From an uncultured delta proteobacterium (lineage in GTDB: Bacteria > Desulfobacterota > Binatia > UBA9968), in NCBI GenBank assembly GCA_963737905.1, contig CAVTUQ010000037.1, forward strand, positions 32,001 to 96,000: DNA of 64,000 nt. Direction: 5' to 3'. This document shows, in pieces, positions 31,083-42,467 of this stretch; position 1 is the stretch's first letter, and every line of letters starts with the position of its first letter. Under the pieces are notes generated by a model. The model saw nothing but the letters and a program-made list of their open reading frames with translations. It was not told the DNA's origin and did not search any database. The position numbers and the translations under genes are program-made.

Positions 31083-31112
31083 TTGACAACCGTTCGGGAC
31101 CAGTGCTATCCG
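31083..31112 (+). promoter_or_regulatory. Putative sigma-70 promoter
   Basis: TTGACA-18 nt-TATCCG with extended TG. Confidence 0.45.
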
Positions 31113-31240
31113 TGCGTTGAAATTCCGATAGCCTGATTTTCTTATGTAGTCCGGCTATTGTGTCTTCGACACGGGTGTTCTGAAACTAGTGTTGGGCTAC
31201 AGGGGGGATGGAAAACGTTCCCTCGGAGGGGTGGACATAC

Positions 31241-31291
31241 AAAGCCAGTCGCTTTTGTGATTCCGTTGCAAAGGCACTGGCTTTTTTATTT
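31241..31291 (+). terminator. Intrinsic terminator in the 5' leader of the adhesin gene
   Basis: AAAGCCAGT-C-GCTTTTG...CAAAGGC-ACTGGCTTT followed by T-run, ~25 nt before ATG 31317. Confidence 0.7.
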
Positions 31292-31316
31292 CTAGACTGT
31301 CGGAGGGAGTATCATC

Positions 31317-33055
31317 ATGAAGAAGCTTGCTGTTGTAGCTATAAATATGTGGCTGTCGTACTTTCTATGGGTACCTGAACCTACGCATGCCGCCGATTTC
31401 TTCTGCCCCTCCGGCAATGTGACTTGTCTCATCGCGGCGATAAATGACGGCGAATCAAAATTTCCAGCAAAATATCATCAACCTTCAAGCCGGGACCTAC
31501 ACGCTCGACAATGGCTGACAATGAGGCTGAGGGATGTGAGGGACCAAATGGTCTTCCATCTATCACAGGAAGAATTACCATTCGCGGTCAGGAGCAGCTC
31601 CCGGGCCACGATAGAGCGCGACAGTTCGTTTGAGCTGTTTTCACAGGCCCTCCATTCCGCATCTTTAGAATTGCACCGACAGGCGCTCTTACTCTCGACT
31701 CGCTCTCAGGACTAAAAGGGGCGTTGGCAGCTCGGATTTGGCGGGGGTAGCCATCTTCAGCCGCGGCAATCTCACAATTGTTGAAAGCGACGATCTATGA
31801 GAACACCAAACGAAGGTGTACAGTTTTCCAGGAGGTCGGTGGAGCAGGTATAGCGAATAGGGGACAGTCCCTGTTCGCGCCAGCCGAATATTCGGCAACG
31901 ATGTCCGGGGAGGGATCGAAGGTCGGCGGGGGATATTCAATGATGGCACGGATGCGATCGAGGATAGCTTTATTTTTCTAAACGAGGCATTTGATCTTAC
32001 GGCGGCGGAATTTATAACGCCGGAGAGTTAAGCGTTGCTCGGACCAATCTAGTGAACAATCTACCCCTCGCGGCGGGGGACTTGCCAATTTTGGCGGAGC
32101 CCACTTGAACCGAGTTTTTATTTGGTTAAACGATAGTTTCATTCATTTTCCGGGTTCGGGCGGGGGAGGCATCTTTAACAACAGCAGCATGGAACTCAGT
32201 ATCCTCGCGAGCACGATTGCGGAGAACACGGCAGAAACCGAGGGCGCCGGTATCTTTAATGTCAGTGGTCGCGTAACAGTTACGAACTCAACGATCGCGG
32301 GGAACCGGAGTGCATTTTTAAGCCTCGGGAGAGTCGGAGGAGGTATAAGCAATCAAGATCAACTGGAAATCCAAAACTCTATCGTCGCACTGAATACCGC
32401 TGGTATAGCCCCCGATTGCAGCGGTTCTCCTTTGTCGCTAGGCCGTAACATCATCGGGGACACCTCTGGTTGCCTAATTATACTGAGACAGACGGATCTT
32501 ACAGGTGATCCAGGGCTGGGAGAGTTAGTCGTAGAGGATCCTCCGGGTCGGGGTTACTATCCGCTCCTTGCGACTAGTCCGGCGATCAATTCCGGCAATC
32601 CCGACGCATGCCCGCAGACTGATCAGCTTGGACTTCCACGACTAGGAAACTGCGATATTGGCTCGGTGGAATTTCAGGGCGGAAGAATGGTGGTTTCGGT
32701 GGACATTAGACCCAAAAAAGACGCCAACAGAATCAATCCCGGCAGTAACAAGAATGTTAATGTGGCAATTTTCAGTGTCAATGGCTTTGACGCCACCAGT
32801 GTTGATACAGGCACCGTTCGTTTTGGTGCGACGGGCGCTGAGGCAACTCCTATCGATGTTCGCCTGACAGACGTTGACGGAGACGGGCGCCGCGATATGG
32901 TATTCCGCTTTCAAATCCAGGACACGGGAATTCAGTGCGGCGATACTTCGGCTTTCCTTGCCGGACAGATTTCTGGGGGGCCGTCTTTTATTGGTTCAAG
33001 TCCACTTACGACAGTACAGTGCAAGAAACCGCCACAACCCTTTGTATCGCGTTAG
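31317..33055 (+). CDS. Secreted beta-helix/polymorphic-repeat protein with choice-of-anchor Q-like domain (several frameshifts)
   Basis: Signal peptide, CLIAAIN, GGGIxN repeats, DPGLG...SPAINSG...CPQTDQLGLPR..CDIGSVE, C-terminal VDIRP...DVDGDG. Confidence 0.75.
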
Positions 33056-33216
33056 CCTGTCTTAGAAGTGAAGCCACAGAGTCCGGCGAGTTATCCCGCC
33101 CACGAGGTATGAATCTCATCCGGGCCGCTCCTGGAAAGGATTCCACTACCACCGGATCTTATCTAGCGCGGCGGCCTATTGCTTCCTGACGCCGAGAATC
33201 CGAGCTAACGAACTGG

Positions 33217-34314
33217 TTAGTAGTTCTCGGCTCCTACCGCTTCCGTGATTGATCGGAATCCATCCCGTTCCATGAGACGGATCAGACCTCGGTTGATTCT
33301 TTTGACCGCCGCCGGCCCCTCGTAAATAAAACCGGTGTAGATCTGCACGGCGCTGGCGCCGGCTTTAATTTTTTCGTAGGCATCGGCGGCGGTAAAGATT
33401 CCACCTACGCCGATAATCGGCAGCTTGCCGCCGACCGCGCGATAAAGATGGCGCACAAAAGAAGTCGCTAAAGCGCGCAGCGGTTTGCCGCTCAATCCCC
33501 CGGGCTCCTGGCTGCCGGAAACCAAGGTATCACGCAAGAACGCCGTTGCGTTGGTGGCGATGATGCCGCTGATTTTTTCCGACATCGCCACCCCAACGAT
33601 ATCGTCGGCCTGAGAAAAGTCCATATCCGGAGCGATCTTGACGAGAATCGGCTTGAGTGCCTCTCCAAAGCGGGAGCTGAGTTGGACATTTTTCTCCTGG
33701 ATGGCCCGGAGCAATCCTTGCAGGAGACCTCTCGCCTGGAGGTCCCGCAACTCGGGCGTATTGGGAGAGCTCACATTGAGTGTAAAGAAGTCGCCATAAG
33801 GATAGAGCTTGTCGAATGAGGAGACGAAATCCGCCACCGCGTTCTTGGTCTCAACGATCTTGCTTCTACCGATATTGATTCCAAGCGGAATCTTAAGATG
33901 CGTTCCGTTCCCTCGGAGCGTCCTAAGCCTTTCGGCGATGGCGGTCGCCCCTTCATTGTTGAAACCCAATCGATTGATGAGCGCTTCGTCCTCCGGCAGA
34001 CGATAAAGCCGCGGTTTCGGATTGCCGGGTTGCGCCAATGCCGTTACGGCACCGATCTCGATGAAACCAAAACCAAACCCGGCGATGGTTCTTACTGCGA
34101 CCGCGTTCTTATCGAATCCCCCCGCCAGTCCGACCGGGTTGGGAAAGGTAAGGGGACCCACCCTGACCTGCAGCCTGGCGTCTTGTACACAGAATAACCG
34201 CTCTAAGACTCCTTCAAAGGGTTGGATTTTGGCGAGCAAAGCCAAAGTCTGCTCATGGGTCTTCTCCGGGTCGCCGAGAAAAAGCAGCGGGCGAATCAGA
34301 TTCTTGTAAAGCAC
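33217..34314 (-). CDS. pyrD: Quinone-dependent dihydroorotate dehydrogenase
   Basis: NPVGLAGGFDKN, INRLGFNN, NVSSPNTP, KIAPD, GGLSGKP. Confidence 0.97.
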   Translation of the reverse strand: MLYKNLIRPLLFLGDPEKTHEQTLALLAKIQPFEGVLERLFCVQDARLQVRVGPLTFPNPVGLAGGFDKNAVAVRTIAGFGFGFIEIGAVTALAQPGNPKPRLYRLPEDEALINRLGFNNEGATAIAERLRTLRGNGTHLKIPLGINIGRSKIVETKNAVADFVSSFDKLYPYGDFFTLNVSSPNTPELRDLQARGLLQGLLRAIQEKNVQLSSRFGEALKPILVKIAPDMDFSQADDIVGVAMSEKISGIIATNATAFLRDTLVSGSQEPGGLSGKPLRALATSFVRHLYRAVGGKLPIIGVGGIFTAADAYEKIKAGASAVQIYTGFIYEGPAAVKRINRGLIRLMERDGFRSITEAVGAENY

Positions 34315-34411
34315 AGGTTCTTCGATACAACCCGTTCAAAACGTTCCAAAGGTTCAAGCAGTTCAAAACGTTGAAGAAAAGAAGCCACAGTCAACCAAAG
34401 CGCAAAGGGCA

Positions 34412-34572
34412 AAGCGCGACGAAGCCGCAACCAAAATAAAAAGAGAGATTTAGCCGCAAAGAACGCAAAGGTCACAGAGAAGAATTATTTTTTTGTGTTC
34501 TATGCGTTCTTTGTGGTTAGTTCCTCCGATAGAAAATTTGCGCAAGCTGCGAAAGCTCTCGACATAGTAGTA
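34412..34572. repeat. Family B element containing family H
   Basis: GCGCGACGAAGCCGCAACCAAA...TTTGCGCAAGCTGCGAAAGCTCTCGACATAGTAGTA; closely similar in reverse complement to 35841-36008. Confidence 0.8.
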
Positions 34573-34615
34573 TAGAGAATAGAGCGCTTTGCGCTATGCC
34601 CTTAGCGAACTTTCG

Positions 34616-35593
34616 CTACCGGTACAGCTCCTTCAACAGCCCGCTCTTCTCGAGATTGTCGAGGAACCGCATGTCGATGAACTGTTCAGGCTTCGCCTCT
34701 TTTGCCGCGGGCACCGTCCTGGCCAAGTCATCCAGCGCATTTTTCATCCCTGCCATGTTAATGTAGGGAGCCCTCTCCAAAACCTTGCCGACGTAGAGAT
34801 CGTAGGCCTTCTGGAGGACGGCGGGGTCCTCGATTTTGGTGTACTTGGCGATGGACTTAAAGGTGAATTCTTTGTTGGTCTTGGCGCGGTGGATCCCTCG
34901 TACATAGGCGCGCATGAATCGATCGACCAGGTCCGGCTTTTTTTTCATGACGCCACCTTGCACGATCAATGACGGGTTGGGAAAAGCGAGATCCATATCG
35001 GTGATACTGACAAGTTCCTTAAACCCGAGTTTCTCCACTGCAAACAGAGTGGGCGGGGAAACTACGCCGGCTTCAATCGAACCGCCTTGGAGCCCACCCA
35101 TGATGGAGCTCATCGCTCCCATTTGTAAGATTGTCACGTCCTTCTGGGGATCGAGGTTGTGTTTTCTGAGGGCAAACCGCGCCGAGATGTCCGTGGCAGA
35201 TCCAAAACGCGTGACACCGATTTTTTTCCCCTTCAGGTCCTCAATAGTTTTTATCTCGGGTCGGACATAAATGGAAAAAATCAACTTGTTTGTGGTGTTC
35301 CCAACGACCTTGAGATCGGCTCCTTGAAGGGCGGCGGCCATCGCCGAACTGCCGTTCAAGGCGGCGATGTCAACCTCTCCGGCGGTCACTACCTGGGCGA
35401 GCTGGCTGCCGCTGGGGATAAGGATCATCTGGTCGTCCAACCCCTCCCTAGAGAAGAACCCCGCGTCGTGGGCAACCCACAAACCCAAGTAGGAACCGCT
35501 GATGGAGCTATAGCCGATGCGGATGTGATCGGCCGCCGTCGCCGCGGAAAAAAACAGCAGCACAAACCATGCGGCCAGGACCATGCGTTTCAT
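34616..35593 (-). CDS. NMT1/THI5/SsuA-like ABC substrate-binding protein
   Basis: Signal peptide, DLKGKKIGVTRFGS, FMRAY, FIDMRFL. Confidence 0.9.
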   Translation of the reverse strand: MKRMVLAAWFVLLFFSAATAADHIRIGYSSISGSYLGLWVAHDAGFFSREGLDDQMILIPSGSQLAQVVTAGEVDIAALNGSSAMAAALQGADLKVVGNTTNKLIFSIYVRPEIKTIEDLKGKKIGVTRFGSATDISARFALRKHNLDPQKDVTILQMGAMSSIMGGLQGGSIEAGVVSPPTLFAVEKLGFKELVSITDMDLAFPNPSLIVQGGVMKKKPDLVDRFMRAYVRGIHRAKTNKEFTFKSIAKYTKIEDPAVLQKAYDLYVGKVLERAPYINMAGMKNALDDLARTVPAAKEAKPEQFIDMRFLDNLEKSGLLKELYR

Positions 35594-35768
35594 AGAAACC
35601 TCATATGTATGCACCCGTGTTCAAGCCGTTCAACACGTTCAAGGATTAGGAGTCACGCTCAAAAGATTGGAGTGATGGAGTATGAGAGCATATGGCTGAT
35701 GGCTTATGGCATCATCCGGCTCGTACTCCAACACTCCATTTCTCCCTAGACGCCTTACTCGGAGATTG

Positions 35769-36021
35769 CACCGCGGAGGCGCGGAGGGCGCGGAGTAGAG
35801 AATTTTTAATCAAAATACATTCCGGGACTCTGCGAACTCCGTACTACTATGCTGCGAAATTTTCGCGGCTTGCGCAAATTTTCTATCAGAGGGATTAACC
35901 ACAAAGAACGCATAGAACACAAAAAAGATAATTGTTCTTTCCTGCGACCTTTGCGTTCTTTGCGGTTAAATCTCTCCTTTACTTTGGTTGCGGCTTCGCC
36001 GCGCTGGGTCTCTGCGGTGAA
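35769..36021. repeat. Nested foldback repeat A containing B (35841-36008) containing H (35895-35969)
   Basis: CACCGCGGAGGCGCGGAG...CTCTGCGAACTCC|GTACTACTATGC...GGTTGCGGCTTCGCCGCGCTGGG|TCTCTGCGGTGAA. Confidence 0.8.
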
Positions 36022-36048
36022 TACGTCTTCTGTAAACCCATCCCCCGC

Positions 36049-36666
36049 TTATTTGAACGGGGCGCAGGCCGAGGGGGTCAACAACATGTTTTCCTGCATC
36101 ACCAGGAACTCTCGCGTCGCCGGCGGCCATCCTTCCACCGTCTTTGAGGCTTCGGCCCGGAGCCGCTCGCGTTCCCCGGCATCCTTATACGCCCAAACGT
36201 GAATATATTGATTGAGCGGCCCGACAAGCGTATGTCCGGCGAACACCAGCGGCGAGACTTTTGTGCGCCCCGCCATCACCTTGCCAAACCGTTCTAGCAC
36301 CGTCGGCATCGTGCCCGGCTGGTACGTATAGGTCCGGAACTCATAGAGATTGCCCAGCTTGCTTGCAGGTAACGGCGGCGAAAAAGGCGCTGGCTGGATG
36401 ATTTTGTTCTCCTGAGTGATGATGAATTCTTGGGTCTTCGGCGGCCACTTGCCGGTTTTTCTTGCTTCCTGGCCAATCCGCTCGCGGTCTTCAAAACTTT
36501 CATAGGGCCATATATGAACGACCCTATTGAGTCCGCCCACTTCGGACTGCCACAGGCCGAGCAGCTTCGAGAATTGCAGGCGCGCCGTGAGCCCCTCGGC
36601 GAAGCGCTCCACGAAATTGTTGGTCATACCCGGTTTCAACACATAGGTTCTCATCTCGAGAAACAT
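36049..36666 (-). CDS. NIPSNAP family protein (two domains)
   Basis: EMRTYVLKPG...GGLNRVVHIWPY repeated as EFRTYTYQPG...GPLNQYIHVWAY. Confidence 0.92.
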   Translation of the reverse strand: MFLEMRTYVLKPGMTNNFVERFAEGLTARLQFSKLLGLWQSEVGGLNRVVHIWPYESFEDRERIGQEARKTGKWPPKTQEFIITQENKIIQPAPFSPPLPASKLGNLYEFRTYTYQPGTMPTVLERFGKVMAGRTKVSPLVFAGHTLVGPLNQYIHVWAYKDAGERERLRAEASKTVEGWPPATREFLVMQENMLLTPSACAPFK

Positions 36667-36789
36667 AGCTTACCTCCTTGGTAAAGTTTTCCTATCCTTC
36701 CCACATATGCCGGAATAATTGCAACAGTTTTATTGCCGGGCTTCCAACCGTTCCCAAACCGGATCGAATCTGCTAAGAGGCGATAATAG

Positions 36790-38043
<1,254 letters not shown>

Positions 38044-38049
38044 CGCCGG

Positions 38050-38352
38050 CCTATAGCCTATGGCTTATAGCGTATGGTTTCTTGGTACCGTCTATAGGCC
38101 ATCTATATGCGATAAGCGATTAGCCATGAATGAGGCATGAGCATATAGCTGATAGCTTTCGGGCGAATGACGGATATAGAGCTGAAACCATAAGCCATAC
38201 GCCATCCGCTATAAGCATCTGGCTCTCGGACATCGGCCTATCGCCTATGGCTTATAGCATATGGTTCCTTTGTACCATCTATATGCCATAAGCGATCAGC
38301 CATATGCGATTTCGGTCGCGCGCCTTGCCTCTGAGATCTTTTGAGCAGCCTG
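38050..38352. repeat. Family F 7-mer foldback arrays (about three units) plus right half of MITE E
   Basis: CCTATGGCTTATAGCGTATGG...CCATAAGCGATCAGCCATATGC; GCGCCTTGCCTCTGAGATCTTTTGAGCAGCCTG. Confidence 0.75.
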
Positions 38353-38389
38353 CAAACGGAGTTTTCGCAACCTGCTGGACTAGTCCAGA

Positions 38390-38806
38390 CTAGCGGCTCT
38401 GGAGTACTTGTCCCGCCAGATTCGTCACGCGATCGACGCGGATGATTACCGCGGCACCTTTTCGCTCAGGGTCTTTATCGATCTCATCCTTCACCGTCCG
38501 CGCCATGACTTGGTCTCTAAGCGCGCCTTGCTCGTGCAACGTCGCCGTACCATGGAAGCGCCAATTGACCCGGGTTTTGGTGTCTCGGAATAGAACGACG
38601 ACTTTCGGATTTGCCTGGACGTTCTTGAGATGCTGACGGCGAGTTCGTTCCCAATAGGCAAGGGACTCGTTGTCAAAAATCATCATGCTGCCTTTGTAGC
38701 CGATATCCGGCTCACCCTCGGCAGAAACGCTCGCCAAAATGCAGGGGGAACCGTTGGCTAGAGCAGGGTCGACCAAATTGCGCATATCGTCGGTTAGATT
38801 AATCAT
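38390..38806 (-). CDS. Pyridoxamine 5'-phosphate oxidase-like (split-barrel) protein
   Basis: LASVSAEGEP, NVQANPKV, RFHGTA; SD AGGAGG before ATG 38806. Confidence 0.8.
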   Translation of the reverse strand: MINLTDDMRNLVDPALANGSPCILASVSAEGEPDIGYKGSMMIFDNESLAYWERTRRQHLKNVQANPKVVVLFRDTKTRVNWRFHGTATLHEQGALRDQVMARTVKDEIDKDPERKGAAVIIRVDRVTNLAGQVLQSR

Positions 38807-38844
38807 GTTCTCCTCCTTGGAAATTGGTTTGCTGCATTTGTACC

Positions 38845-39516
38845 CTAAATTCGCCACTTCTCCAAGCCGTAGGCCTGATCCCAAAATAGGTACTCGTACC
38901 GGCTGCTGAGAAGAAAATGCGAGGACATTCGTTTTTTGGCGTCCCGTCCTGCGGTCGCCCCTAATTCATCCATCAGGTGAATCTGCTCGCGCAGCGGTTT
39001 CCAGTACTCCTCAGAGGCGTAAGTCTCGATCCATTCCCGGTAGATCTTTGGCTTGCCCGGACGACCTTTGTAAAGCCTTCTGCCGACTTCACCGTAGATC
39101 CAGTAGCACGGCAAGATGGCGGCAACGATGTCTCCCAGGCTCCCACCTCCTGCGACGGCCTGTAGGTGACGCGTGTAGGCCTCAGTGATGGGACCTTTGG
39201 GAAAGCGATCGAGCTCCGTCGCGGAGAAACCAACAGTTCTGCCGAAGCTGGCATGAAAATGACGCTCGACCTCGACGGCGATCAGCGCATGGCGCGCGAA
39301 GACTTCCAACGTTCGCAAATTCGGCGATTTCGCGCCTCCATGACAGAGAACCTGCGCAAAGTCCAACAAGTAAAGATAGTCCTGGAAAATAAAATAGGTA
39401 AAGCGCTCCATGGACAAGGTCCCGGCATGGAGCTCGCGTAGGAAGCGATGACCATGAATCGCACGCCAGATCGAATCTCCGCGACGCCGCAACTGCGCGC
39501 TAAATTTTTCTGCCAT
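38845..39516 (-). CDS. tenA: Thiaminase II
   Basis: FTYFIFQDYLYL, ILPCYWIY, WIETYAS, YEYLFWDQAY. Confidence 0.92.
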   Translation of the reverse strand: MAEKFSAQLRRRGDSIWRAIHGHRFLRELHAGTLSMERFTYFIFQDYLYLLDFAQVLCHGGAKSPNLRTLEVFARHALIAVEVERHFHASFGRTVGFSATELDRFPKGPITEAYTRHLQAVAGGGSLGDIVAAILPCYWIYGEVGRRLYKGRPGKPKIYREWIETYASEEYWKPLREQIHLMDELGATAGRDAKKRMSSHFLLSSRYEYLFWDQAYGLEKWRI

Positions 39517-39631
39517 AATAAGGATAAAACGGCTTGCAGTTTAGCCAATTTCTTTCTATATAGAAAGCCCAAGCACGTATTCCCGGTCTACACGAAAACT
39601 CGCTTCGACGAAAGCTGAGAAAGGAACAGCG

Positions 39632-40099
39632 ATGAATAAGAAGATAAAATTGCGCGTCAACGGAAAGAAGGTCGAATCGGAAGTTCCAACCAATCGTCTT
39701 TTGATCGATTTTCTGCGCTACGATCTCGGGCTTACAGGGACCAAAGAGGGTTGCAGCGTCGGCGTTTGCGGCGCCTGCACGGTTCTCATGGACGGCGATA
39801 TGGTGAGCGCCTGTTTAGAATTGGCCGTCTTCGCCGACGGTCATGACATCACCACTGTTGAAGGCTTGGCCAAAGATGGCGTGCTCCATCCGGTGCAGAA
39901 GAGCTTTATTCAGTACGGCGGTTTTCAGTGCGGCATATGCACCCCGGGTCAGGTGGTCGCGGCCAAAGCACTTCTCGATGAAAACCCGAGACCCAACGAG
40001 GATGAAATTAAGGACTGGATGATGGGCAACCTCTGCCGCTGCACGGGCTATTACAAGATCATCGAATCGATCCAGAAGGCATATCAATTCGCCAAATAA
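39632..40099 (+). CDS. CoxS/XdhC-type [2Fe-2S] subunit
   Basis: GTKEGCSVGVCGACTV, QCGICTPG, GNLCRCTGY. Confidence 0.95.
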   Translation: MNKKIKLRVNGKKVESEVPTNRLLIDFLRYDLGLTGTKEGCSVGVCGACTVLMDGDMVSACLELAVFADGHDITTVEGLAKDGVLHPVQKSFIQYGGFQCGICTPGQVVAAKALLDENPRPNEDEIKDWMMGNLCRCTGYYKIIESIQKAYQFAK

Positions 40100-40110
40100 G
40101 GGACACAGCC

Positions 40111-41043
40111 ATGATACCTTTCGAATACCGCACTCCCAAAAACCTCAAGGAAGTCCACGCTACGCTGAAAGAATTCGGAACCGATGCGAAGCTTATTGCC
40201 GGTGGCACCGCATTGGTGATTATGATGAAGCAGCGTTTGGTCCGGCCGGGCTGTCTCGTAAGTCTTCGCTCGGTGCGCGGGCTCAATGCCATCGAGCTGA
40301 AAGACGGTGGTTTGCGTATCGGCGGTTTAGCCACGCATCGCGAAGTGGAAGATTCGTCACTGGTCCGCCGGCGCCTTCCATTGCTCGCCGAGACTTATCA
40401 CCACGTCGCGACGATTCGGATACGCAATAGGGCCACCGTCGGAGGGGGTTTGGCTCACGCGGACCCAAACCAGGACCCGCCGCCAACCTTGATTGCGCTT
40501 GGCGCAACCGTTAAAGCAACGTCGCCCAACGGAAGCCGGGTTATTCCTCTCGATGAGTTTTTCACCGACTACTATGAGACCGTGCTTAAACCTGACGAGA
40601 TCGTCACAGAGGTTTTCGTTCCGAAACTGGCCGCCAATACAGGCGGCGCCTACCTGAAGTTCCTGCCCCGTACAGCAGACGACTACGCAACGGTCTCCGC
40701 TGCGGCGGTATTGACCTTGGATAAGAATAAAAAAACCGTTAGTGATGTCCGGATTGCTCTGGGGAGCGTCGGGATTACGCCCATCCGAGCTACGGCCGCA
40801 GAAGCCATTCTTCGGGGTCAGCCCCTCAAGGCCGAAGCCTTCGCTGAAGCGGGAGAAAAGGCCAAGGAGGCCGTGGATCCCGTCAGCGATTTTCGTGGCT
40901 CAGCCGGGTACAAGAAAGAGATGGCCGGCGTATTCGTTAGGCGCGCCCTCGAAAAGGCCCTCGCTGCCATTCGTCAGTCAGCCCGAAGCAAGTCCGCGGC
41001 AAAAACAACCAAGAAGACGGTGAAGAAAAGGAGAAAACGTTGA
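40111..41043 (+). CDS. CoxM/XdhB-type FAD subunit
   Basis: IAGGT, IRNRATVGG, DFRGSAGYK. Confidence 0.95.
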   Translation: MIPFEYRTPKNLKEVHATLKEFGTDAKLIAGGTALVIMMKQRLVRPGCLVSLRSVRGLNAIELKDGGLRIGGLATHREVEDSSLVRRRLPLLAETYHHVATIRIRNRATVGGGLAHADPNQDPPPTLIALGATVKATSPNGSRVIPLDEFFTDYYETVLKPDEIVTEVFVPKLAANTGGAYLKFLPRTADDYATVSAAAVLTLDKNKKTVSDVRIALGSVGITPIRATAAEAILRGQPLKAEAFAEAGEKAKEAVDPVSDFRGSAGYKKEMAGVFVRRALEKALAAIRQSARSKSAAKTTKKTVKKRRKR

Positions 41044-41492
41044 AGTTTACCCAGAGCGCGCAGATTCCGGTTGCCCGTGAGCCTCTTTGGAAGTTTCTCA
41101 TGGACGTGCCCAAGGTGGCGCAGTCGCTTCCCGGGGTTGAATCTGTGAGCAAAATCGATGACACGACCTATCAGGGGGCGCTGAAAGTCAGAGTGGGGCC
41201 CATCTCTCTCAACCTACAGGGAAAGATAATCGTCGAAGAACAGGACCATGAGAACTGGCGCGCAGCTCTGCGCGCCGAGGCGAAAGATCGTATGGCTGCC
41301 GGTGCCGTGAACGGCAAAACCAGCATGATGCTCAAAGAGTTGGGCGCCGATCAAACCGAACTCTTGGTGGAAACCGACGTCAATATTCTGGGGAAGATTG
41401 GGGAGTTTGGTCAACCCATCATCCGCAAGAAGGCCGACGCCATGCTGAAAGAGTTCGTAGAGAACATCAAGAAACAGTTAACTGGAAAATAG
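41040..41492 (+). CDS. coxG: CoxG/SRPBCC family protein
   Basis: LWKFLMD..SLPG, VRVGPI, GKIGEFG; TTG start overlapping coxM-like stop. Confidence 0.85.
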   Translation: MKFTQSAQIPVAREPLWKFLMDVPKVAQSLPGVESVSKIDDTTYQGALKVRVGPISLNLQGKIIVEEQDHENWRAALRAEAKDRMAAGAVNGKTSMMLKELGADQTELLVETDVNILGKIGEFGQPIIRKKADAMLKEFVENIKKQLTGK

Positions 41493-42316
41493 GCCGCGGG
41501 AACTTTTTGGGTCCGTTGCCTCGTCGGCGTTCGAGTGCGCTCGCATTCGGCCCAATACACAATTGTAACAATCTTCGGCAAGTCTCTTTCTGCCTGCCGA
41601 GTTGTCTTCATATCGGGAACAGTCGATCTTCGGCCGGATCGTCACTCTCGCTTCGATCCGGCGCAGCGCGAGAAGCTTCCAAAAGTGGGGCACATCGGGC
41701 ATATCGTCGTAACAATAAACCAAGTCACGGTTGGCCGTCGAGATGGGTTGCTCGTCGATACTTTGATAAGCCAAAGTAAGCGGTACGATGATCGCCCGGC
41801 TTCTCAAAGGCGCCGCCAGCGGAGCGGTCTGAAAGGGCAGCATCCGCTCGCCATTGGTCGCGGCCCCCTCGGGAAACAGCAAAATATTTGCTTGTTGCTT
41901 AAGTTTCTGGCTGATCTCCTTAACCGCCAGCGGAATCAGGCCTTTGCTTTGCCGATTGATAAAAACGGTGCCGCAAAGTGTCGTCCACTGACCCACCACC
42001 GGCCAGCTTTTCACTTCCTGTTTTGAAACAAAAATGACCGGGAAAAGGCTTCCGAGAACAATCCCATCGAGATAGCCAAAATGATTGCTGATGATGACAT
42101 AGCCACCGCGTTGAAGCTGCCCGCGCGTCGCCCTCCACCGTTATTTTGATATTCAGAATTCTTACTCATTGACCAGGTAAAGCCTCGAATCCAGCGGCTG
42201 ACAATCTTCCAGCGGTTAGGAAGTCTTAGCACGCTGATGCACAAGTGCAGGACGACCAAGACGCCGAAGAAAAACAGCCCCAGGGAAAGAATAGCGATCA
42301 GCTTAATCCAGCGCAT
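41478..42316 (-). CDS. Lysophospholipid acyltransferase (PlsC-like; frameshifts)
   Basis: Pieces 42011-42316 and 41478-42014; NH-x-D region, VFINR, LFPEG. Confidence 0.8.
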
Positions 42317-42467
42317 GACACACCTGGGTTTCCATCACATCAAAACGGCCAATAGATTCAAGGCCCAACGTTTGAAGATCGAGCTTGCTAGACGCACGAT
42401 ATGTCTCTTGCAGCATCACTGCTTATCTGCTCACTGCTTACCGCTCACGGCTCACTGTTTACGCCAT

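Noticed and set aside
31202-31240. Fluoride or c-di-GMP-I riboswitch
   Set aside because: GGGGATGG..GTTCCC is only partly similar; the downstream conserved motifs of either class were not found.
38050-38308. CRISPR array
   Set aside because: Units are degenerate 7-mers in inverted arrays, with no constant repeat/unique spacer periodicity and no cas genes.
39517-39631. TPP riboswitch upstream of tenA
   Set aside because: Short divergent spacer; the only CTGAGA is on the opposite strand and lacks the rest of the aptamer.
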